Assembly: GCA_963924565.1 (NCBI GenBank) | Contig: OZ004609.1 | Location: 30,380,001-30,444,000, forward strand | Direction: 5' to 3' | Source: Ascidiella aspersa | Taxonomy: Eukaryota | DNA length: 64,000 nucleotides | Part shown: positions 54,137 through 64,000 of the stretch, in pieces | Numbering within the stretch: position 1 is the stretch's first letter | Layout of the letters: every line of letters begins with the position of its first letter | The notes under the pieces: model-generated | What the model saw: the letters and a program-made list of their open reading frames with translations, nothing else | What the model was told of the DNA's origin: nothing | Database searches by the model: none | Made by a program: the position numbers and the translations under genes

Positions 54137-57100
54137 TCCTCGCCGCCCGAGCGTGACAGTTGCCCGGGCGATTATCGTCGCTACGGCGGGAAGGGGCCAC
54201 GTGCTAGCAACGGTTTCTTTTGTTACGGGACCCTTTGCGCCAGATTTACCGTTCGCGCCGTCAGCGCTGGACAAAGCTCGATTTTTCGACCTTTTGTTGC
54301 GACTTCTCGTGTTCGCGGTGCCCTCTGTCTTCGTTTGCCTTTCCGAATTGTAAGTCGCCGTCTCGCAGCGGGGAAGCTTTTAATTTTTAAAACCGCGCAC
54401 CGACTTAACCTAACGCAGAAATCAGAGCGCCCCAATTCGCCCCTTTAATCGCGTCAACACCGCTTCGTTGAGCCACTGGGAAAGCCCTGGCGCAATTTAA
54501 TTACAAAACACTCGTTTTAATATTAAGGTTCGTTATGTCTCGTTAGTCTTTTGGAATCCAGCGAATTGTCGTGGCTGTACCTGGCAATCCCGTTACAGTT
54601 TCGGCTTTCAATAATTCATGTCGTTTAAATTCAACAATTTTATCTTTGACGTTAATCGATTTAAGATATAGCGTTAAAACAATACAGGACATTCAACAGC
54701 TTAATTGTGCCTGTTTGAATTAAACATGTATCGCGTCAACAATCCATGACCTTAGTACTCATGTAACATATTTAATTCCCAGCCCCGGTCCCAATAATTA
54801 ATCGTCCACAAAAACTGGTATATAGGCAAAATTACAAAAGTCAATTATGTAACTGAACGCCAGTTAAACTAATGACGTCTTTATTATGTGGTTGTGGGCA
54901 TGTCGGCCCGTCGCTTCATAAATTATTATCTACTGTAATAATGTATCAATTTAATCTTGGAGTCGCAGCCAAACAGTTTTTATATGTAAAATATGGAAAA
55001 CGTTTTTATGCCAACTCATAAATAATTAAAACCTATTAAGGGATACCACGAGATCATATTCGACAAACTTATTGCGACACTGAGTAATTAAGCCTAAAAG
55101 GGTTGACCGAACAGTCTATGGTTTTCAAGTGTTTCAAACATGTTATTACCATAGTTATAATGACTTAAGTCAATCACTTGACGTAGGTGAACTCGGTTTA
55201 GGTTTTAAAAATAATTGTCTTGACTTCAGTGTTATGTGTAGAGTAAAATCGAACTAAAAACTTTGAAAAATAAACAAAATGGCAAAAACCCCAGCGTTTT
55301 AAACAAAATTTAAAGAAAACCAACGTTATTTAATGTTGGTCACAATAAATCTAACGAGATATCTTTAGTTAGTTTAGATCCGTCATTTTGTCAAACAGTT
55401 GGCATTATTTAGAAATAACAGTAGAGAACGCTGATTGTCAAAGGTTTTCATTGGCTGTGAACACACGATAATTTTGGACAAAGTTTCTCGTAACAATAGC
55501 GCGCTTTCCAAATTAGGTAAACGCTACGCTATATAAAACGGACTAATTACGCTTTGTTGGGACGCTTAAACGTACGTTTGTCAAAATTTACAAGAGGTAA
55601 TAACATAACGTGTAGCGTAAATGGCAAAGGTAATTTAGAAGGCTGCCAAACAATTCCAGCAGCAGCCTATTCAGCTAGCTATAGAGTGATGTCGATGAAA
55701 CATCGCATCACAGTGTCGAATTCTGGCGATGCGATACGCAAGGACGCCAGCGTTGCCAGGCAACATGCGCATAAACATGTCCCTGCCGCGCTGTAGAACA
55801 GCAGCCAGCAACAAGCGACTGTGGTGCGTCGGCGTCCACAAACAAACAAACAACACTTGTACCGGCTGACGGTGAAAAGGCCGACTGCGTATACGACACA
55901 TGCCCGACATGTTTGTGGTCAAACTCGAAACCCTCTCGAGAATTTTCCAGAAGCGCTGGAGATGGGAAAGGGGCGTGTTTTTTTACGAAATGAGAAGCCA
56001 AAGCGGGTGTTCATACACTTTTGATTTTTACATGGATCTCAGAAATATTTGGAAACATAGCAAAAACTGTTCGCATTCGTTTTGGCCCCCTAAAAAAAAT
56101 TGAAAGCAAAAAACTTGGCATGATGCACTAAAATTCGAATATAGATTGGTTTCTAGACAATTTAATTTGATTTAAGATTAAGTGGAATGAGAAATCTATG
56201 TATAAACTCATGCGTTAAATAAGGATTTGCTATCAGTCCGATTAAAAAGTTGTTCCAACTTAATCAATCTTATAATTTGGGTGTGGCTTTGAGACTCTTC
56301 AAAACTCTCTGGCTGGCCAAACCCAGTTTAATAACCATATATACTTTAACCTCCTTTATTCTATTTAAACTAAGAATTTGGTTGCATATTTGTGCATCAA
56401 ACTATAACCTCAGGTTTCCCAATGCTCTCTGTTTGAGACATCCCGTTATGACGTAATATTGCGACGTCATCTCTGCAAATTTTTCATCTTTCCGGAAATT
56501 AAATTATTCTACTTACAACTCTGCGTAGCGTAGTTAAAAATAGGGTTGAACCAACTATACCTAAACATTCTGCAGCTTAAACTGCTGTAGTTATACGGTG
56601 GTGACTAACTTGGGACAGTAAATTGTTCATTAAGCTTGTAAATCTTTATACTTCAAATAGGTATGTCGAATTACTGTTTTTAGGAGAATTGTTACAATAA
56701 GGGATTCATATTACAAAATTTGCTTGGGTGGAAAACAAAACTAATGTCAAACATTTTAAACTTATAATGCGCTTGAACCACTCTCCAACAAGTGTAAAAC
56801 ATATGTTGATACAAGAATTCAGTTTATAAATAGCATAACTTTGAAGTTATTCGAATAAAATTACCACAAACACACTGTGTATAGATTCTAAGCGCAAAGT
56901 TTGTTGGACGGTAAATTCCTACTGCAAAACTGTACAATACCACAATACCATAGGAATTTCGAAGAATTTTGTAAAGAAAAAAATAATTTGGAATTGCATC
57001 ATAGCTATTTACGAGAACCTTCGTTCCCAGAAGGTTCGCGGCGTATAAGAATTCCTAGTAATTGTGAGTAAGGCTTGGTATTTGACACCGCGTTATGTCA

Positions 57101-57944
57101 AGTTACCCCGCACTGATGTGTAATGACAAACGTTGGAAAAGTGCTGACGTTTTTATCCCAGCCACGGGAAGGCGGGATAATTAAATCAGGTGTATTTTTA
57201 TTGTATCATGTGACATCTGATTTTCATTATCCAAACAAGTTTGTCAGTGTGTACTGTTTAAAGAACGTGGTCCAACCAACTGCAAGATTGCAAATAGACT
57301 TTTGCAGCCCGCAAACCTTCTTTTCGTAATAATGCAATGTTGTTTGTGCGTAACATTTTCTAACTTTGCTAAAAATAAGTATAATTTAACTTTAAATAAA
57401 AAATTAAAAAGGGAAAGGAAAATATGAAAAAAATATATGTACCCTAACATACCTCCGTTAGACCGAAGGTTAACATCTCATAATTTAGGAGCTACGATTT
57501 TGACTTGTTAAAATACATACTAAGAAATGTCTTGAAAATGTGTCGCAGGTTGTGGGGTTTTCTTTAAGTTGCCTGCAGGTCAAAAGTATTTGAACCACGC
57601 TAAAATAAGTATTGAATTATTTTATTTAGAATGCTTTGCAGATCTTTCTAGATGCTTAGTCGCTCTTGGGCGCCAGATAGCGATTTATTTTAAACTATTG
57701 TTTAACCACAAGAGTGCGACATTCAACCTAGATTACTACTTGGCACACATTGTCGCATATTTTGATCTCTACTTTTCTCGTTGCTTTAACCGCCCCTGAC
57801 AAATGTACATGGAGCTCTTGTTTTCTAACTAATTAAAAACAAATAAGATTTTTTATGAAAAAAAAAATCACAACACGAAATGAGCTGATTTATGCATTTT
57901 AGCAATGTCCCTGCATTCTGCATTTTGGTCAATTACATTAATTC

Positions 57945-58311
57945 AGTTCAAGGGCAATTACAATTACAATCACTCTTTAAAATGTTTCAATTACATTACA
58001 ATTACATTAAAAACTGTAATTAATTACATCAATTACAATTACACAATTGTAATTTACTAGGTTTTTTATTGCTGTTGAAGTATGGACAACAGTTTGTCTC
58101 ATCGCTTCCCAAAGAAAATAAACAACGTGGAACATTATTGAAACGTCAATGTTCTGAATATCAATGTATTGAGCCAAAATTTTAGCAAATTACAATTACA
58201 GTTAAAATTACAGAATGAAGATGCCTTAAATACTTTCCAATTACAATTACATTAGAAAACTGTAATTAATTACATCAATTAAAATAACAAATTACAATTG
58301 ATCCAACTCTG
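57945..58311. mobile_element. MITE with CAATTA repeats (hAT-like)
   Basis: Two clusters of caattacaattac, right terminus CAATTGATCCAACTCTG. The left end is degraded. Confidence 0.6.
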
Positions 58312-60099
58312 AACATCACTGCTGATAAATTAACGCAAAACGGTACACATAAACGCAAAACGCATCTTCTTCAACATTTAAATTGAAGGAAAGGTTACTT
58401 TATGGTAAAAGTTGTTTTAAATTTATTATAACAAATTTAATAAGCAACAGTTGAACCAAATTATTTTTTATTTGTTACTGAATTAAGAGCACACAATTTT
58501 TTGTGTTTAAACCAAGTTACCATGCAGTACTGTGCGTAAACCAAATTAGCAGTGGCAATGAGAGCTGATTTTTTTCGACGAACGGAAACGTCTGGTGCAA
58601 TAGTTTCGACAATGCAGCGTTCGGCCCAGCCTTATATACACGATGCAGGCAAGCGATGTCAGCACTTCTGTACTTTAAGCTAAATGTTAAATGTCTTTAA
58701 ATAATAGGTATTCCTCCGAAAAATAAAAAGAGGAAAAATACGTGACTAATTTTGAATTTACAATTTACATTTTTCTGTAAATTGTGATTTTTTTTTCTAT
58801 AAACAGTAACTCCATTGCGACACCCTTGCTGATATTATCGTTGAGTGTTTCAATGTAATATCACCCTAAAGTCCTAAACTAACTGGAATAACACACATTA
58901 ACTCTACGCAATGTAGGAAAATATTTGTTCTTATTGCATTCGAGTGATGGATAAAGGGTCGTATAAAGAGGCTTATTAATTGAAAAAAAATCGGTTCCTT
59001 AAAATTACCGAATCCTCCTTGGCACCCTTTAGCATTATAACTACTACTCCAGGGTGGCGCGGCAAAATTATTGGAAACCCCCGAGTTTGAATATAAACCG
59101 ACAATATTATTTTACTGCAGTTAACCTATGTAATAGAAACCAAAAGACTTAATAAAACCGGCTTTTTAAAAAATGGAGAATACACTTTTGTTTCAATTCA
59201 TAATTTTTTTAGCAGCAAAATGTGACAGTGTGCTTGTTTTTAATTTTTACAAATGGTAGAGTGATTTTACAAACAAAGCGAAATTTGTTAGTCAATTTTA
59301 AATAACAACGTCTGTGACGAGGAAAGGCCATTTAAATTTAAAGGACTGCGGTCTAACAACAACGGAAAAAATTACAAGCAAACAACAGTAGGCTTAGAAG
59401 TAAAATAATTATGGACGCTAACCGTCGCTAAGTCGTCAACACAAATTGTTTTAAAGCTCTTTCAAGACTGTACAGTTTGTGTGCTTTGGCGGTTCTTAAC
59501 CGCGGTACTGAGGTAGTTGGTGCGAAAGTGTGTCAACAGTGCTTAGGGAGAATTACATAGGAATATTGGCGAGGCATAAGTGGGTCTAATGATCTCGCCG
59601 GTTTAGTTCTTAAGGTGCACGCATAAACTTTTCGTTTCTTTATTTTTCACTTTCCGCGTGCCGGTTCGAGTGCTCGTTTGAAGAAGTTTGTTTTCTTAAA
59701 TTTCAATTCTCTCTTCGCTACATTGCTGGTACCCAACTGGAAAAAAATTGTTTGCACAGGAAAGGCCCAAACTCGAATACCCCGTTTACCTAAAATAAAT
59801 CAAATATTGACTGACCGGTTTGTGGACTATGCAATTTTAATAACATCTTAACATGGTAGTTTATAGGGGCTTAAGTTCGTTTAGAAACTAACCTTTATTC
59901 TTTGTTCAAGCACTTCTGTAGAAATAAGGGACTGTGCGCCAAGTGTGGGTTTACCGTTTAATATTTACGGGTTGAAAAAGAAAACTTAACACAACCAAAA
60001 ACAATCACTTGAAAGTAAAGCTGTTTTTAGCATATTATGCTAAACGTCACTTCAGCAAATTAGGCCCAAGAAGCCTCGTCAGCACGTGGTTGGTGTATC

Positions 60100-60858
60100 A
60101 AATAGCCTGCGGGAAAAAGGGCGTCAAGATTGCAACATTATGGCGCAATACCAAAAACAGCGGCATCGCGTGTATCGCGGCGGGACGAGCCAACAGGAGT
60201 GCGCTAAATCACAGATGCGAAAGTCTTTAGTCTGCAATTACGAGCTTCCTCGGTAAATCTGCCAGCCGGAACTTTCTGTTTGCGGCGGACGCCCCTGAAA
60301 GTTGCTCGGCCCGGTTGACAAAGACGTGTGTGCGCAATCCATAAAGCGGGCATTTAAACATGTTGGATCGTTAAAATGCGCGTCGTTCGAAAGGCGTTTT
60401 CTGCGTGCTTCAACTCTCTCGAGACTCCTTGCGCCCAAGCCGCACAACGTTTGGACGCGCGGGCAAGGCACGGCGCCACTGGTCCGCGTGAATTTGACCA
60501 AACGCGAGCAGCGCGTAAATCAAACGCAGGCGTGTCTGGGCTTGCCAGGGCAGGCTCGAACCGGGCCGTTGACGCTTTTTAAATGTGCTGAAGATGTATG
60601 CCGCCCGTTTTACGGAGTCAACAAGATCGGCCTTGTAGCACGTGCGTACAAATGATAACGGTCAGGGGTAGTTCGCCCCCCTAGAGCGCCGATTTTTTGT
60701 AAATTAGTTTTTGCGGCGCGACAGACTGAAAGTGATCTTTCAAAGATAGGTTTTGTGTGGACAGTGATGATATATAAGAAAGCGGTTTGTAAGCTTTTCA
60801 GATTTACAGGCTGGTTTTCGTTCGCACACAGGCCAGTAAAGTTAATTTCCGGTCAAAT
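60100..60858 (+). promoter_or_regulatory. CpG-rich promoter region and probable non-coding first exon of the TNFR-like gene
   Basis: Dense CpG block at 60100-60720, donor-like AAT|GTAAGT at 60858/60859, acceptor cctcag at 61325 just before the ATG. Confidence 0.5.
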
Positions 60859-61332
60859 GTAAGTTATTTTCGAATATTTAATTCAGATTTGTATTTTGTA
60901 ACTTTAAAAATAAACTTTGACAGGGATCACTGTATGTAGTATAATAGATAATGGCGTCCTTTGTCGTATTATATATACAGCAATCAACACCTGTAAGGCC
61001 AGATTTATTTACTCTGCGTTTTCCTCGAGTCAATCAGTTCAGCAGTAGGCATTATTATTATGGGTTGTTAATGCGCCCCGTGCCCAATTGCCACAGAAAG
61101 TTTTGAGCTTGTCGAAGCTTGTCCATTGTTGTTGATGCTGCGGTTCTAAAGTACGGCTGTGCGGCACCTGTCTTAAACTCGACGGATTTCTAGCAGAAAT
61201 CATTTCCGTTCCAACTTTTGTAGCGGCTTGCGCTCCACTTTACGCTGGCGGTCACTAACGTCTTTTTTGTCTAATACAGTTTAATTTTTCTGAATTAGGC
61301 AATTTTTAACCGTCAAAATCCTCAGTTTCAAA

Positions 61333-63743
61333 ATGCAGTGTACAACTTTGATTACAGCAGTTGTTGTGTTGTGCAATATCATTGTGCCGGTAAGTGTGCA
61401 ATACGCATGGTTGTATTTCTTGTGAAATTGTAGTAAGTGTTAATTATAACATAACTGTAATTATTTGCAGGTTGTGAAGGCAAGCAAGTGCAAGGGGGAA
61501 CACGAGTATTTGGATGCACTCGGAGAATGCCAATTGTGCAGTCGTTGTGGTGCTGGTTTTGAACCGAGCTCGGTTAGTTTCCTTAATAAAACTTGTTTAT
61601 TATGAAAAAACTGGTGCTGGTCTAGAATGCTAAAACATTTTCATATTGCCAACATTGTTTGGGTGAGGGTGTGAGTTTAGCATTTGGTTCCGGGTTGGTC
61701 AAGTTGTACTATTATTATATTTATTGCCCCATATTTGTTTGTTCTTTGCAGTGTCATTTTGACAACTCATATTGTTACTTTAAAAAAAGTGACAGTTAGG
61801 ATTGTAGACCAGCGCCGAAGAACTTGTTTATTAGAAATATATAATATATTGGGCGCTGGTCTAGAATCCTAGCACAACGAAACACCATTTGGGTTAGGGT
61901 GCGGGTTAGTGTTTGGGTTAAGGTGGGTCAAGCATTATTATTAAACAAAGAATATAATAACACTTGACCCACCCACACCCAAACGCTAACCCGCACCATA
62001 ACTAAAATTTTGTGCGTTGATTTTAGAACTGTGGTAGGATTCTAGACCAGCGCCATATATTGTTTTGTTTTTTAATTATGCCATACCCCTTTGAAAATAC
62101 ACAATGTATTTTTGGGTTTGAAACCATAACTTTGGTCTATATGCAATAAAAGTATAAAGCCAAAATACATTTTTAGCACATTAAAAAAAATCCTGGCTTA
62201 TTATTCGTTTATTTGTTTTTCTTTCTTTCCATTTATTTAGAAACTATTTATAGTCCTGCTTTAACATATTTGAATGACAGAACATGACTTTAACCCAGCT
62301 AGTAATTCTAATTAAAAAATTATTATTAAAATAGATTTTATTTCATTGAAATTCATTTTTTTTACACTTTTGGTATTTTTTTAATTTTAATGAATTTTAT
62401 ATTTGAATTTTTTGTTGCTTAATTTAGCATCTGTGTGGATTTGGCCATAAAGACCCTTCCTACAAATGTGTTCCATGTGAGGAAGGAAGCTTTTCAACTT
62501 CCCTTGATTACAAGCTGTGCAGAACATGCCAGGTAATCATTATTCAGATTTAATACAAAGATTAACATACTGCGGTTATGTTTTTTTTCATTTTATCACA
62601 TTTTGCATATTCATACAGCCGTGTACCGGTTGGAATGCCAAGACTGAGTCTCATTGCACCTCAACGAAAGACGCAGAATGTGGAGCCTGCCATTCTGGGT
62701 TCTTCAGACCATTGATGTCTGATGGGAAATTGGATCATGAGTGTCACAAGTGCACAGACCCAGAAACACCAGGATGTATGTTTATGCGTCATGCTAAATA
62801 AATAGTCATGCTAAAAGCATATATTTTTATAAATATAACTATTTTTCTATGTAGTGATTTTTGTAGCTTTCTTATTAGTTTATTGGATTTTAGACAATTT
62901 CTATTAAAGATAATGTTTATTTCTCTAAAAACTTTTATGTAATTGCAGGTGAAGGGCAGGAGGTGATCGGACTTGTATTGGGAGTCATTGGCGGAGTTAT
63001 TTTCATCATCCTAGCAACCTCTTTGTGCCTGTGGTGTCTCTTCAGAAGAAGACCTGTCACTAAGAAGCAGGGTAAAAATACAAAATTACTTGTTTTGATT
63101 TTGAAGACCGAATTTCAGTTAACATGGAACTAAATTTGTCATTAAATGAATTTTTGTAAAATTTGGCTATCTTCTAGCTTAATTTTATAAAGCTGTTGCT
63201 TGCAATATATTATTACTCAGGATTGGACAAGTTTGCTAATTTTAAAAGTTTTAACATATTTTATTATTTTGATGCAAATGACTGGATTTTTGTTATTTTT
63301 GGCAAAGGAGTTCAACTTGGTTTAGGTTATTTTGCAAATCACATTTAACTGAGACTGAAGTCGTTTCAAAATGATTGTTTACCATGCTGTAAAGTTGTAT
63401 TTGTCCATAAACACAATTTTGATGGCTTACAAGATTAGTTCTTGTATTTAATTTCATGCGATAGATGGTATTCTCATACACAGTACTGAATTAAAAGTTA
63501 AATAGTGAAATGTATTTTCATATATGTAGTATGTTTTGGAATCTATAAAGCCTTTTAATAATTTGCTGATTTTGCAGAAACCCAGCAGTGCAGCGTTATG
63601 CTGAAGTGTGCTAACAACGAGGACACAATCACGAGCTCGTCACTCGAACCATTGACGACAACCCAATCTCAAGAGCTGTTCGTGCAACAAGAAGGCAGCC
63701 CCTCGTCTCTTAAGGCTCAGCGCTCCCCGGACATAAGAACAAT
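61333..63743 (+). CDS. TNF receptor superfamily member, TNFRSF19(TROY)/EDA2R-like, 3'-partial
   Basis: Exons: 61333-61389 (signal peptide), 61471-61572 (CKGEHEYLDALGECQLCSRCGAGFEPS), 62428-62532 (LCGFG...CVPCEEGSFSTSLDYKLCRTCQ), 62619-62775 (PCTGWN...HCTSTKDAECGACHSGFFR...DHECHKC), 62949-63071 (TM VIGLVLGVIGGVIFIILATSLCLWCLF, then RRR), 63578-63743 (cytoplasmic). Cys spacing and the CGFG and CxxTxDAxCGxCxxGF(Y/F)R motifs match the TROY/XEDAR clade. Confidence 0.85.
61613..61816. mobile_element. Merlin-like foldback MITE, older copy
   Basis: GGTGCTGGTCTAGAATGCTA...TAGGATTGTAGACCAGCGCC, with degenerate TSD aaaaaact/gaagaact. Confidence 0.75.
61852..62054. mobile_element. Merlin-like foldback MITE
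   Basis: GGCGCTGGTCTAGAATCCTA...TAGGATTCTAGACCAGCGCC, perfect 8-bp TSD ATATATTG (61844-61851 / 62055-62062). Confidence 0.9.
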
Positions 63744-64000
63744 GTGAGTTTCCTCATTTCGCTGAAAGCACTTCTGGCCACTTCTAACTGGGAATTGGCC
63801 AGTTTAAAAGACCACTTCAAACAATGGCCGGCTCCCTTTTAAAAAAAAATAGCTTAAAAAGCGTAAAAGACTAAGACTTATTTAATGTGCCACAGGCTAA
63901 TAAACTGGCCTAAACAACCTTTTATGGTGTTACTTGTCAATGTTTTAGGTTACGGACCTTTTAAACAATTGCTCTTGTAGCTTGGGGTAAGGGCTATTGA

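Noticed and set aside
63578-63743. TRAF-binding motif in the TNFR tail (QSQE, VQQE)
   Set aside because: Does not match (P/S/A/T)x(Q/E)E or PxQxT, and the tail is incomplete in this window.
63949-63964. Possible terminal TNFR exon (ttttag|G TTA CGG ACC TTT TAA)
   Set aside because: In frame but unsupported. The true next exon may lie beyond the window.

Overview
This is AT-rich, intron-containing animal DNA, not prokaryotic. It is most consistent with an invertebrate chordate, probably a tunicate; that is an inference from the chordate-type alpha-tubulin exon layout, a TROY/EDA2R-like receptor, mosaic CpG depletion and dense MITEs. Six protein-coding genes were assembled by hand from GT-AG exons with consistent phases: (1) the 3' part of a myocardin/MRTF-family gene (+, <1-17944); (2) SEM1/DSS1 (+, 24655-24882); (3) a secreted protein of 8 TIL (trypsin-inhibitor-like, 10-Cys) domains (-, ~25164-29056); (4) a paralogous secreted protein of 15 TIL domains (-, 33972-45517); (5) alpha-tubulin (-, 48601-53958, 451 aa); (6) the 5' part of a TNFRSF19/EDA2R-like receptor (+, 61333->63743). 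Introns and intergenic DNA hold many hAT-like, Merlin-like and foldback MITEs. The most striking system is the tandem pair of TIL-only genes built from one-domain, phase-1 exon cassettes. One has homogenised its predicted reactive loops (5x C-T/S-A-D-C), while the other has diversified them (P1 = K, R, L, A, D), resembling a modular protease-inhibitor array. Most short ORFs in the supplied track are spurious or are fragments of these exons.
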